A stretch of 64,000 nucleotides of DNA from Ylistrum balloti (Eukaryota), in the NCBI RefSeq assembly GCF_031769215.1, contig NW_026782366.1, positions 992,001 through 1,056,000 of the forward strand, read 5' to 3'. The position numbers and the translations under genes were made by a program. The notes beneath the pieces are model-generated. The model searched no databases and was not told the DNA's origin. It saw only the letters and a list, made by a program, of their open reading frames with translations. Shown piece after piece: positions 26,602 through 40,500 of the stretch. Position 1 is the stretch's first letter; every line of letters starts with the position of its first letter.

Positions 26602-29600
26602 TTAACAAGCTATATTAACATTGTTAGTATTGCACAAATCCCTGTGGTCGTCACAAATTTTACTGAATGCGGACGATTTGAGTTTGGCGATGAATTCAGT
26701 CTTTGCAGATAATATGAAAGTGGAGTCGGTACAGTTGATTGCACTACTTGTATTCGTACTTGTAAGAGAATATGCTGAAATATAGAAGACGTGATGTAAT
26801 CAGTTGGAAATATCATTTGAGAATGAATAAAAGGCATAATATATTGTGGTATTGTACACTTGTTCATGACAAACAAGACAACACTTTTTTACAAAAGCTG
26901 CGATGTCAATATCGCGCATAAGTCTAATGTGTTAATTGTCTGATTAACTTACATTTTATACATACCAAATATTTTGTAAATTACTTCTATAGAGATAATA
27001 CATATACGATATTATATAATGAATTGATGTACATCTATGAATTTTTATTGCTTTACTTTTTTTTTTTTTTTACATAAATCTGCACACATAGTATTCAACT
27101 TACATCTGCAGGTGAGCGGTTCCTGGGTGATAGGGGCCCAGTCTCCGGATGCCCCGCAGACATACCATTGGTCAGGGTCAACAGAGACGGGAAGAAAGTA
27201 ACCAGTGTGACAAACAACTTGGCAGTACCGACCGAAGTCTGTCTTCCAGTCGTTACACACTACAGCACCGTTCTCGGGCACCAGCAGGTCCTCACACGGC
27301 GTAGCTGAATAGAGGACAGTAGACTATGACTACGACTCTATTTAGGCTGCACATGGCATAGTCACAAAGGAGTCAGAAAATATTCAAATCATCTTGTCCA
27401 ATAGATATCTGAAGTATTGTTTACAACATACATGTACAAACATTTCTCTCATAGCGTGCGTTGTACTCTGATTAATTCTTAAAATCATATTTGACATGTT
27501 TTGTGTTTTAAAACCAAGCACAATACTTACGTTTCACATCAACATTTATAATACATTCTGCAGTCTGTCCGTTAGAGGGTTTCACTGTTGCATATTGTAT
27601 CACAAAATCACCCCAGTGAAATTCGCTTTCCGGTTTGGGATAATTTGTGAAAACTTGTACCTCGTTCCCAAAAGGATCGAAGATTGTTGGTGCCGTCCAG
27701 TTGACGAAATGTAGTGGGGACGTGGCATTGGCACTAATGTTGAAATCACAGCCTGTGATCACAGGGGGCTGTATATCTGGAGTGATATATTCATTTAGAT
27801 TTGATTATAATTATCGAGATACTATTAACTATACTGCTCTAATTGGACGTACCTTCATGAAAACGGAGACGTGCTAACCTTTTATTTGAAAAGACTTTAC
27901 CTTTGTCCAGTTTGATGAGCTTGTTTATAACGTGTCTCCTTTCAATCACTTTTACATATCAAATATACCATGGTATTTCAATTAGAAATATACGTTATCG
28001 ATCAATTAAAAAAATTTGTGCTTGTGCATTGCATTGAACACGTTCCGATTCGAAATAAACAGTCACTCAGTTACCATTTGTTTGTACATCTGTAATCTAT
28101 ACAACAATGTCTATTTACAAACCTTCTGCACATGTTAAACCACTCCAACCAGGCAGACAGGAACAGGTAAACATCTCTACATTATTAGTACACGTGCCAC
28201 CATTAGCGCACGGGTTACTGGAGCAAGTGTTCGAAACTGATGAATAAACACAAGAGCACATTGTTATTAAATTTGTAAAACACTGGATGGAATTAAGTTA
28301 ATAACCAAGAAAAGTACATATAATTCAAAATGTTAGATGTTTATTTCTAAATATAGTATATACTTATATTTCTCTACGTACATGCGCATCTTGGGTTAGT
28401 CCCACTCCACGTTCCGGACAGCTGACATGTCCTCGTCTGTCCACCATCCACCAGCGTGTAATGAGTGTTACAAGAATATCCTACACTTGCCCCATACGTG
28501 TACACACTTCCGGTCACCTGACCATTATCTGGAGGTCCCGGGTGACCACAGTTTATTTCTTGTAAGAGAGAAAACAAATAGCATTTACGGTATGACATAC
28601 TGACTTTAAAAGTTAAATTGAAGAATGAAGTGATGACATAACAACTTTGTTTAATGTTTAGTTTTTCTTATGTTTGTCGGCTTGAATCGAAGCACGTGCA
28701 AATGATAAAAAAAAGTGTACACACTTTATGTACACGAAAATATCAGTTCATTACAACATATACTATTTTTACGACAAAATGAATTTCATAAAAATCTCCC
28801 ATCGCACCAAATACCCATCGCACCAAATAAAATGCTACACCTCTCATCGAAAGCGTCCGAGCACAAGATGTGATAGTAAGATATAGTCATTAAAAATATC
28901 CATTTAAATGTCCCTTTCGTATCAACAAAAATGTAATAAAGAAGAAAAATTGTCTGTATTAGATTCCCAGTTATCATCAACATCAGCTTCGGATTAATAT
29001 TGCAATGTACCAGTTCAAAGCTTGTTTGTACATCGCGTGTAGACGATGGTGTATAACAGTTTCATCAGGAGACATTGCAATAAAGTGCACCACTCACTTT
29101 AGATATAAAAGTATGTAAACAAGTAATAGCGACTGGTGGTGAACAGTTATAAAACTGCGATTAGACATAATGTGTCCTACTTGCAGCTATCAAAATGTTT
29201 CAAGAAAACTGGACAAAAATTACACTAGGTGTCGAAGGGCTGTCAAATACTATTCAAATAAAATCAAGCCAAACTCTGAACATAAACAAGATTGTACTAA
29301 AGAAGCACAACTGCATAGCACCTTAACACAATTGAATAGCACATTCAATACAGCTTAAGAGTAAGATACAGCCAAGCAATGAACTCAGCTGCATCATACA
29401 GCTATTTCGGCCGTGTAGGACTCGTCAGTGATGCTACATCATACTGCTGTCTCGTCCTTCTAGGACTCGTCAGTGATGCTACATCATACTGCTGTCTCGC
29501 CCTTCCAGGACTCGTCAGTGATGCTACATCCTACTACTGTCTCGCCCTTCCAGGACTCGTCAGTGATGCTACATCATACTGCTGTCTCGTCCTTCTAGGA

Positions 29601-30729
29601 CTCGTCAGTGATGCTACATCATACAGCTGTCTCGCCCTTCCAGGACTCGTCAGTGATGCTACATCATACTACTGTCTCGCCCTTCCAGGACTCGTCAGTG
29701 ATGCTACATCATACTGCTGTCTCGTCCTTCTAGGACTCGTCAGTGATGCTACATCATACTGCTGTCTCGCCCTTCCAGGACTCGTCAGTGATGCTACATC
29801 ATACTACTGTCTCGCCCTTCCAGGACTCGTCAGTGATGCTACATCATACTGCTGTCTCGTCCTTCCAGGACTCGTCAGTGATGCTACATCATACTGCTGT
29901 CTCGCCCTTCCAGGACTCGTCAGTGATGCTACATCATACTACTGTCTCGCCCTTCCAGGACTCGTCAGTGATGCTACATCATACTGCTGTCTCGTCCTTC
30001 TAGGACTCGTCAGTGATGCTATTGGCCTAAATTTTGAAACCTAGAAGGCGGTTGAGGAAATTCAATGTGATCGAAAGAAAAGTCAGTTACCAGATGGGGA
30101 GGTGAACTAGCCTTATAATTTAAGAAATTTTGTAATTTTAAGCACGCTTTTACATAAACATACACAGGTGTAATTGCTAGCGTGACATGGTATTATCTGA
30201 ATACTGCATTTAAAGATCACACCTCAGATATTATCTTAAATTGGCATACCATAAATTGAAAACTCCTACTTACGGTAATTGCAGCAATTTCCATAATAAC
30301 CAGCAACGCATGTGCAGCCACTTCCGAAACTACTGCCACCGTTGTGGCATACCTCGTTACATCCGGAGTAACTATAAGCAAGATCACTTGTCGCACAGTC
30401 ACTGAATTCGTCACATCCTTCGTAAAAGAAGATATTCACCAGTCTCTCACGTTGTCTCTGACCGAAGCAAGCGCTAGTACAGTCAGACCATGGTTGCCAA
30501 GCAACCCAAGAACAGTTGCAGTGGTTCCAGGTTGCAGCACGTCCTCCTGATACAGAGCGGTATGACAGCTGCCATTGTGTCAGCAGAACCAGAGATCCGC
30601 CGATGAACAACGCTATCTGAATTAATAAGTGACTTATCGGATACAGATTTAACAGAGACAACAAGTCACACCACCAATTTATTACGGGTTAGCTTGATAA
30701 GTATGTACCCAGAAGAGAGAAAATCCCAT
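26602..30729 (-). CDS. Gene B: complete 386-aa secreted protein, signal peptide-TSP1-EGF-sushi-HYR-sushi-partial SEA-like Cys domain
   Basis: Exons 30729-30709, 30616-30274, 28558-28382, 27776-27531, 27304-27104, 26774-26602 total 1161 nt, all GT-AG and in frame. The spliced start is MGFSLFW|[27 protein letters not shown]1 [14 protein letters not shown]...RQRER; EGF CHNGG...[12 protein letters not shown]; ends ...[12 protein letters not shown]-stop. The last exon uses a frame not shown in the ORF track. No transmembrane segment. Confidence 0.88.
29417..30020 (+). repeat. 45-bp minisatellite (about 13 units) in gene B intron 2, organised as a 135-bp three-unit higher-order repeat
   Basis: Unit ggactcgtcagtgatgctacatcatactgctgtctcgcccttcca; variants cycle every third unit. 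Confidence 0.97.
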
Positions 30730-31543
30730 TATCGGCTCTACTCGAAACAAGACAGCAAGTAAAAATCGAAAGATTCGTATGAAAGTGATAGTTTTTTCAG
30801 TAGTTATTGAAAACGGTCGTATTTGTATACAAATGAACAAAAAACATGAACTCCGAAAGAGGTACATGTTATTAACAATATTTCGATTACCAGGGTCATC
30901 TATACACGTGTGCAGTGTGTTGTTTTAAATCAAATATAAAAGCTATGGCATATAATATACGCGAAAGTTAAACGATGAAGGATCTATGTAACTAGAAAAG
31001 TTATTATGACATTCTTAACGGCCCGTCAACACATAAAAGGTCATTAGGTCCATCAAACGGTAAAACACACAGCGAAACTAGAGAAGAACTATTATATAGG
31101 CACGATCAAATCAATAAGAATGGAGATTTTAGTGGGCATATCATCATCAAGAATAAAAACATACTTACATTTAGTTCCCCCATATCTCAACTGCACTTGG
31201 AAATTTTACAGGATACTTCCGGCTTGGTGGTTTATCTAATACATATTTCAAGCTACCTATAAATAATTTCACGTTAACACGTGCATGGTATTTCCAGATA
31301 ATATAGGGATCATTAACCAATCAAATATATCGGTCTAATGTTCAATAGATATACGTACCCGTGCACGCCCATTCGGAAATACAAAACTTGATAGGTATAT
31401 ACCGATATCATGTTTACACATTGAAAGGAGAATATAACGGGTTGTTTGTAAAATATTTGAAGTATTATCTTGATGTTTAAGGAAGTGATCTTTCTGTACG
31501 AGATAAAAACATCTTCAAAATAGACCGTCGTAGAATTGCCGAA
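30730..31543. promoter_or_regulatory. Candidate bidirectional promoter region between genes B and C
   Basis: 814 bp separate the two divergent ATGs (30729 minus, 31544 plus). No specific site is called with confidence. Confidence 0.55.
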
Positions 31544-34500
31544 ATGTTGCTGATATTCATTGGCCTGTTATGCTTATCAGGAACGCACGGATCGTTTTCT
31601 GACATTCAGCTGCGGGCTAAAGTAAGTAAATCTTCTTGTTTATTAATTATCTTTTTATTGGTTTGAAATCGTTTTACAAGTTTTAAAAAATGTGACGGTG
31701 TGATCGAACCTCTTTCGAGAGCAATGACATTTAGCCCACGGCCGATTTCAGTATATGCAATTGGATAACTTCTACGTAAATTCTGGTAAAAGTAGTCCGT
31801 CTGTTGTCATTTTCCTTCCTTACACTGCTCCTAATGATCCGCCATTAATTATTATCAGTATGAAATGGCAAACTCTCTAAAGGTGATTGATCTCTTTACG
31901 ACAGCAGTCGGCTTTAAGCTGAAGTAACTGAGATCTTAAATCTATAAAAAAAATATTATTTCATGTCTTTTTAAGGGAGATCATTTCCTTTAAAATATAC
32001 GGAATTGAATTGTTTTCTTTTTTGTGCCATGAAAAAGACGCTGAAAAATAGAGAGTATTTGTTTCTGCACGATTACTACTGCTTTAAGTAATATACGAAG
32101 TTATACTGTTTTCTTTCATACGGTAACAGAACAGTCGTGATTATTGTAGCAGTATATGACACACTTACTATACAGGTGATAGACAAGTACACATATTCTG
32201 ATTTGTGGTATTGGGTGGGTGAGAACTAGATGGACGCCGGTACTGGTGAGTGGCCATCTATTTACTGTACTGTCACCGGAGATGTCAGCAGTAAACTTAA
32301 TGGTCACGTGGAATTCATTTGCAAAACAAATGAAATTCTCAAGAGATTCTCGACCGAATGTCCACTTGATCTCAACGCCATCCTCGTGTGGGATGTTATG
32401 TATACAAAATTTAATGTAGCTTGAATTCGGGTGTCAGAGTCCTTTATGAAGATACATGTACAAATGAGCTTACAGCGGTTAGCTTGAAAGTCTAGCGGGA
32501 CCACAATTAGTATCAATTATATCTACTGACAACCAGCATATTGTATTTTTGAGAAAAAAAATTGCATATATGCATCGATATGTCTATTTCATTTTTGATG
32601 TATTAGACACCAGGTAATTGGATATGTATATCTTTTATATCGATTTGTCTGTTTATATTATAGAGTTTTTGCTCGCTTGCAACGTTCAACGATGTAGAGG
32701 ACGTTGTTTGCGAAAATGACGGTGTGCTTATAGAGACTGATTTGGTGCCATCCGGTGCGCACTGTGTCATTACGCGCAACAACGTTGACCAGAACCTCAA
32801 ATGCAAGACTGGTATCTGGTATAACGTGGACGCATATGAAGGTGAGAACAAAGGTCTCCAGTGCTATACTTATTATATGTTTAGTATACGTTTATTGATG
32901 TTTTCATTTTGTAATGGTATACGTTTTCATCATTGGGACATATATGTAAGAGGTTACCATCATTTCGGGATAAGTAGTGTATGATTTTGCAATAAATCTG
33001 AAATTTGCATGGCTGGTTGCCGTGTCGTAAATAAGAATGAAACGCTTAGCCTTCTGACATCGTATCGACCTATCATTACCAATAACCAAATTGTTCTCCT
33101 TAATGACTAAATTCGTTGACGCAGTCGCTTGATTTTGTTGAAACCGAAATTTTTTCATATAAATCTCTTCAGTTGTCAAAAGTTGTTTAATCTATGGTGA
33201 GGCAAACACTCCTTTCTTACTTGTTGAACTCAAAAAGTAAACGAATCGTGCCTTTGAAATCTTATTGAAAAATAATAGATCGCAATAATGAAGCTTTACA
33301 CAATTTTTTTTAGGAAAGATATTAAAGAGAGTGAGAAAAGGATGGTGGTGGGGTAAGTAATAAAATTAAAGTTGTGTACACTATTTCAGCATGTTAGCCT
33401 GCTTTACATCAATATGATAATACACTTTTCATTAAAGATTTAAAAGATATGTGACAAACAAATATATGTGAACATATATGTCAATTTCAACAGGGCAAAT
33501 TTTATATTGCTGCCTAAAAGCCATACGTAATGTGACATGCAATACGTTAAAATAATATTTCATCATTAAGAAAACACCTTACTCGTCTTTAGGTCGCCGC
33601 CGACGCCGACGCAGATACAGGGCGCCTACACCAAATAAGCCCCCTACAGTCACGTGTCCGACCGTCAACAGTCAATATTTTACAGATGCTCGGACAAAAA
33701 AGCAAGTGGTTACATGGAATAGCGCCACAGCAACTGACGTCGATGACACATTAATAACGTAAGTCTGTTATGTTTCCATTATTCATTCACTTATTTTAAT
33801 TAAAATGTTCGTAGTTATTCAGTAACAATATTCATTCTCATACCCTTTTCCATATATTACTGCATTGATGTATTAATGTACATATTACTTATTGATTAAG
33901 TAGCATTTAAACAAGATAATTTATGATTTTGTAAACATGTATTAAAACCTTTAATACTTTTTTAATTGCTGTTCAAGGTCTACATTGCATTGAAACAAGT
34001 ATAAACTCACTGTCAGCATGATGAATGACCAGAATATTACATTATAATTTCAGTTAATACAACTACTCTTTCCTGATACAGCTTTAAGCACCTTATAGAA
34101 CGTGAACAGGGTCTATGTATACCCGACATGTGTTCTGGTCATTACAATATTAAAAAGGACAAAAAATCAGAGTGAAGCTATTAAATTGGTTTCCTCAATG
34201 AAAGCCAATTTTTTTATATATAATAGTTTCAATTAATGATCGTAATAAATTGATCATATAAAGGAAGTTGAAACAAAATTACAAGCTTAGAACGTATCTG
34301 ACAGACATAGCATGTGGACATTATTTCATTTTCCCACTTACTTTCCAAATTACTCTGAAATAATAAATACTTTTACACAATTTCTAAACGGTGTTGCATT
34401 GTAAAAGCTATTCGGTTTTGATGCATTCATTTGTCAGAATTAAATGTTTTTTTAATGAATTCCTAATTTGAGTGGGTTTTGTTATCAGAATTACACAAGC

Positions 34501-37500
34501 ACATGGCTTAAAAAGTGGATCAGAGTTTAGCGAGGGATATCACTCATTTGGATATACTGCTAGGGACAGACATGGTAATGCTGATACTTGTTCCACACAG
34601 TTTGAAATTAAAGGTATGTAAATATTACCACAATCTATTTAAGAAAATTATATACAACCATAAAACAACTTTTCTGTTGTGTTAAGTCTAATATGCAACT
34701 GCGTAAAAATGTTTACTTGATATATCATTATATGTAGATTTTATTTCAAAGGTAAAACGTGAATGATATCTTAATAAAACATGTACGTATCTCTGAAGAA
34801 AGAAAGAGCCAACATACTAACGAAATCTTAATTGAAACCCATAATCAATGACATATGATCAAGAGAAAGAGTTCTGCCACGGAAACTCCAGGAAAAATAC
34901 AAAGATAACACGGAGTATTCCAACCAGGTAAAATACAATGATAACACTAGGAATTCTAAACGTTTAAAATACAAGGATAACACTAGGAATACTAAACGGG
35001 TAGAATACAAGGATAACACTAGGAATTCTAAACGTTTAAAATACAAGGATAACACCAGGAATTCTAAACGGGTAAAATACAAGGATAACACTAGGAATTC
35101 TAAACGGGTAGAATACAAGGATAACACTAGGAATACTAAACGGGTAGAATACAAGGATAACACTAGGAATTCTAAACGTTTAAAATACAAGGATAACACT
35201 AGGAATTCTAAACGGGTAAAATACAAGGATAACACTAGGAATACTAAACGGGTAGAATACAAGGATAACACTAGGAATTCTAAACGTTTAAAATACAAGG
35301 ATAACACTAGGAATACTAAACGGGTAGAATACAAGGATAACACTAGCAATTCTAAACGTTTAAAATACAAGGATAACACCAGGAATTCTAAACGGGTAGA
35401 ATACAATTATAACACTAGGAATTCTAAACGTTTAAAATACAAGGATAACACTAGGAATTCTAAACGGGTAAAATACAAGGATAACACTAGGAATTCTAAA
35501 CGTTTAAAATACAAGGATAACACTAGGAATTTTAAACGTTTGACATACAAGGATAACACGAGGAATACTAAACGGGTAGAATACAAGGATAACACTAGGA
35601 ATTCTAAACGTTTAAAATACAAGGATAACACCAGGAATGCTAAACGGGTAGAATACAAGGATAACACTAGGAATTCTAAACGTTTAAAATACAAGGATAA
35701 CACTAGGAATTCTAAACGGGTAGAATACAAGGATAACACTAGGAATTCTAAACGGGTAGAATACAAGGATAACACTAGGAATTCTAAACGGGTCAAATAC
35801 AAGGATAACACTAGGAATTCTAAACGGGTAGAATACAAGGATAACACTAGGAATTCTAAACGTTTAAAATACAAGGATAACACTAGGAATTCTAAACGGG
35901 CAAACGTCTTCTGCTATATCTAAAATCATTCAGCGTATAATTTCGTTTAAACAGGAAACGCTGAGTTCTTAAAAGATGCCGATGTAAACAACAACGACAA
36001 CAACCCATGTGTACTAACCAACACACGTTTACTATTCATCAAATATATATGTACACCTACTGGAAACCCTAGTCTGTCTGAATTGTTCCTATTTAAGACC
36101 TCATCTAAGAATTATTCTTAAAGTGGTTATTTGCAAATCAGGATAGTCATATATTATGTTTTGATTTTTTGTGATACAGTGAGGCGTTGTATCAGTATGC
36201 CACCTATACCAGAAAACGGGAAAATGTCTTGTGAACCCAGCTGGTACGATCCATTGCTTGGCAGTACCTGTACATGTAACTGTAATGCAGGATACTCATT
36301 GTCAGGAAGCTCCACAAGAACGTGCCAGAATACCGAAACCTTTGACGGAACACCGGCAGTTTGCTCCAGTAGGTTTGCTGTACAATGTATATACTGCAAT
36401 AGCCTTCCGGTATATTCTCAAGATTGTTGTCACATCTTCTAAGTTTTGTAAATAATGTCCACATGCTGTGTCTGTCAGATACGTTTTTAGCTTGTAATTT
36501 TGTTTCAACTTCTTATATATAATCAATTTGGTACAATCATTAAGTGAAACTATTTTATATCAAACATTGTTTTTTATTTATCTGATTTTTACCTATTACT
36601 CCTTATATTGTATTTTTATGGAGATGTTCAGAACGTCATTTTCTTGTCCTGTTTTGAAGAAATCCAATGTCCTGACGTTCCCGACCCTGAAAACGGACAA
36701 GCGGTCTGTTTGTTTGGTAATCTCTACCAAAGTGTTTGCATGACGTCATGCCCGGTCAATCAGGGTTACGGCACCGTAGCCGTATTCATATATTGTCGTG
36801 ACGACGGAACTTGGTCGGGTAGTCTGGAGCCATGTTATGGTAAGGAACCGTGGTATCATATTAATATTATAGATTGAGATCTGATGGTTCTGTTTGTATG
36901 TTTCTTTACAATGTTTAACAAAATCAATGACTAAGGGCGTAATATATAATTCATTTCTTTATGTGCTACAATACAATACTTTCTCGTCTTAAATGAAGGT
37001 GAATTTTACAGTTCGCCAATAATGCACATTTTCTGGAAATATATAGAAGATGAGGTTGATTCATAGAAAGTCTCAATTTTGTGGGTTCAATTTTTCCTGA
37101 AGCCATCAAATTCCCTCATGGCAATAACGCAAGTGCAAAACATGTACATAATGAAACCTCATGGAGGTGTCATCTTTCTCGATGATGAAATGCGAAGCTA
37201 TATTTTTTATCTATTTTTTAATAATCTTTAATCAAGTCCGCGCCCTAATGCATAAAACAAAACAAAAATCTCGTTTTCTGAAGTTGAACAATTTTAGATC
37301 AGAATAAAAATTAGATTAGAATAAAAATAGCATATTAGCAAGAACACGCGTTATCATGAGCATTCTTTACAAAACTTACACAACGATGTAGTAGTGTATG
37401 CATATATCAAGATCGGTTGAAGGGAGATCACTCGTATTCTAGGTGCATTGAGGTTACCAGAAATTAGAATGAAATAATATTTATCTACAGACATGTTACG

Positions 37501-40500
37501 TTGGCATGACGTTTCCTTATTAGAAGTTATCGGAAAAATCGTCAATTATCAGAATATATATACCATTTCAGGAACCATCGTTTCCACGTTATAATCTACA
37601 CCATGCTACGGCGACAGCACACAGATTTTAAGACATATTTATTCCTTAGATTTCATTTAAAAAGGACATCAAAATAAAAGACAAAAAAGAAGTTTGCGAC
37701 AGAGTACTATAATTGATGGATGCTGCGTAAATTGTGTTATTTATTACAATTAATAATCACTTGAAAATTTACCAGTAACTGCTAGGTATATATTTGCACC
37801 TTTCTCAGATTTCCGTGCACCATCCTTCACTGAATGCATATCAAGTCCAATAAAAGTATACACAGAAAGAGGTCAAACATCTGCCATCGTCTCCTGGCCA
37901 TCATTGAATGCCACCGACAACTCCGGTAACGCTACCATAGTGCAGACGTTAGGTGCTGCATCGGGGAGTGAATTTGCCGTGGGGTCCCACTCTGTCAGTT
38001 ACGTGGCTCGTGATGCTAACGGAAATCAGTCTCCAAGCTGTTCCTTCACTGTTGTAGTAGAACGTAGGTATTCTGTACTGATTTTATACTATCTGAAACT
38101 GCTGTGGAACACATATTTGAAAAATATATTAAAATGATAAGCATTCATATCAAAGGATATATTAGCATGGCAGTCTAATAGAAAATATTGCTGAATCAAT
38201 ACGCCTGAATAACATATAATGAATAATAGTCTTATTCTTTCGGAATAAAAAATGACATTTTAAGTGACATACTGTATATCGGGAAAGTTTTGCGGGTATT
38301 CAATGATTGCGAATTTAAAAACCCTTTCAAAATCAAATAAAAACTCCAGATTGCTAAAAGTTAATGTTTTCTTCTTTGTTTATTGTAAATGCATGAGTAA
38401 TACATCTATAGAGCTGATGTACCTACATGTATCTGAACATTTTCTAGTCGTGAACACTTCTATGATTATTAAATTCTCGTTGGTATGCAAATTTCATATC
38501 TAGTTTGACTGGTCAGTTTGATCGCCAATCGATGTTAGAATTTACACTAAAATATTCAGCCTTTTCAAAGTAGGCCTTCCAAAATTCTGAGACAATGTAA
38601 TCGCATAAAATAAAGCAAGCAGAAATTGCAAAAGGTACATTTTCAGATATTTCGCGAAAATTGCGCAGCGCAAAATATCTCGTTACGCGGTTTGTTGAAG
38701 TATTTGAAATATGAATATACAAGGCCATTATTTGCCTGACGTCCTTTATTTTACAGAACTGGAATGTGATCCCCCACATGGCATATTTGATGATGAACTA
38801 CTGCAAGTTGATTGTCCGGGGTCTGAGTACAAATACGGAATTGAATGTAGCATAAGTTGTATTCGGAATTATACTATCATAGGTAATACAACACTTACAT
38901 GTGAACGCGAGGGAACAACTTCCGGGACTTTGTGGGACTGGGGTGGAGGAGCACAGCCCGAATGTGATGGTAAGATTATAGACTTATTACAATACTGGAT
39001 ACATTTCTTTTTGATCGAATATGTTGGCGGTTGGGGAGAGAAGGGTGGGGAGGGGGTGGGAGGAGGATGGGGTGGGGAGAGAAGGGTGGGGAGGGGAGTG
39101 GGGAGGGGGGTGATACTTCCAATTTGATATATGGTCCATATTAAAAGTGATATAATTATCATCATCATCCATTGTAACTGCGAGATCACTGTTAACTTGT
39201 TCATAACATTTGTAGGGTTATTGCAGGTACCAACAGAATACAATTCCTTTGCCTGGTGCATAACAGATATATTCAATTGTAGATAAGTGTCCTGAGCTCA
39301 CACCACCCATCAATGGTGCCTTAGTATGCCAAACAGCTGCGAACTACTATTGTCGACAATCCTGCAATGCAGACTCCGGATATCCACGAGGAGTGTCACC
39401 GGGTCAGCTGTTTATTTGTACAAACACACAGGTTTGGGACCCTGTTGCCGTAGATGATTGTACAGGTATATATCATTGTAATGAAAAGCCCATCAGATAT
39501 TCATTCAATCAACAAAAGTTTAGATGTAGTTGTAGTATTGATTCAATTGTTATCAAATGCGATTTTCATTTTCTGTCCTTTTTTCTACAGATTTAGATAA
39601 AAACTTTCTTCTTTACAGGACGGAAAGTCCCAAGCTCAAATGTGATCAGTGGAGAAATGCATTACTTTGTTGGTGATTGTTCAGACACCACTGTCCAAGA
39701 GGGTCTGAAAATCAATTTTATAACAGTGTTGGAAGATCTGATTGCAACTGGATGGAACGATGTGTGTTCGTCATCTGGTAAGCACCAAACATATCCATAA
39801 CACATGCATTGGTCTGTATTGCACTTGTTTTTTAGTTATCCTTTTGAGACACAGGGAAAACGCTATCAACATGTTATCTAATCGTGAGGTGAATATGGCG
39901 TATTCAGTGAATAGACTCATGCCTTCCCCTCTCTGTACTTCTAGGGTGTTCAGTAGACGATGTCACCGTCACATGCGGTGCATTGTCAAGAAAGAAAAGA
40001 ACGACTGCACATAATGGAATGCAGTTCGTCGCATCCGTGCAATCGAGATATGCACGTAGCACCTCTGTCATCACAATTGAGTTCAGCGTCACGTTTCCAT
40101 GGCAAAACGGAACAACAGATTACAATGACAACCTGTTGTACGGAGTCATCGATGCTTTAGAAGAAGAGGCTGGCAAAACAGGTAGTCGATTAGACTATGA
40201 AGGGTTAACGCCCTCCCATGACATAGTTGCCGACCCTTATCCGATGATCAGTTGTGGACTTGGTGAAAATCCGTCATATGTAGGTGGTGAAGCTAACTGT
40301 GGTGAGTATAAAGTTATCAAATACACTAATCTAACTAGCTAGTGTGGTCCGGAAACATGGCTTTAAAAATTGCTTGGTAAATTTGTTTTACGGAAGAATA
40401 AAACGTTAATCTTGTTTGTTTATTACAGATGATAAAAGGGGTGGTGTCAGGATGTGTGAACAAAATGAGAATTGAAAATGTTTCTGAATCAAATTTAACA

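Noticed and set aside
29379-30044. 221-aa ORF of GLVSDATSY repeats
   Set aside because: A by-product of a 45-bp unit (a multiple of 3), antisense within gene B intron 2, with no splice or domain support.
30682-30867. Longer first exon for gene B starting at ATG 30867
   Set aside because: ATG 30729 gives a much better signal peptide after splicing; the upstream start cannot be fully excluded.
30730-31543. NF-kB sites in the B/C spacer
   Set aside because: Only partial matches (e.g. ggatacttcc), as expected by chance.
32230-32424. Plus-strand ORF as a gene C exon
   Set aside because: Purine-rich acceptor, in-frame stop, not needed for phase; the opposite strand matches Penelope RT.
34828-35923. 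Long ORFs on both strands (192, 158 and 127 aa)
   Set aside because: 36-bp minisatellite artefacts; gene C splices in frame across them.
38970-39276. Pro-rich and Gly-rich ORFs
   Set aside because: Translations of the intronic G-rich tract beyond the true donor at 38969.
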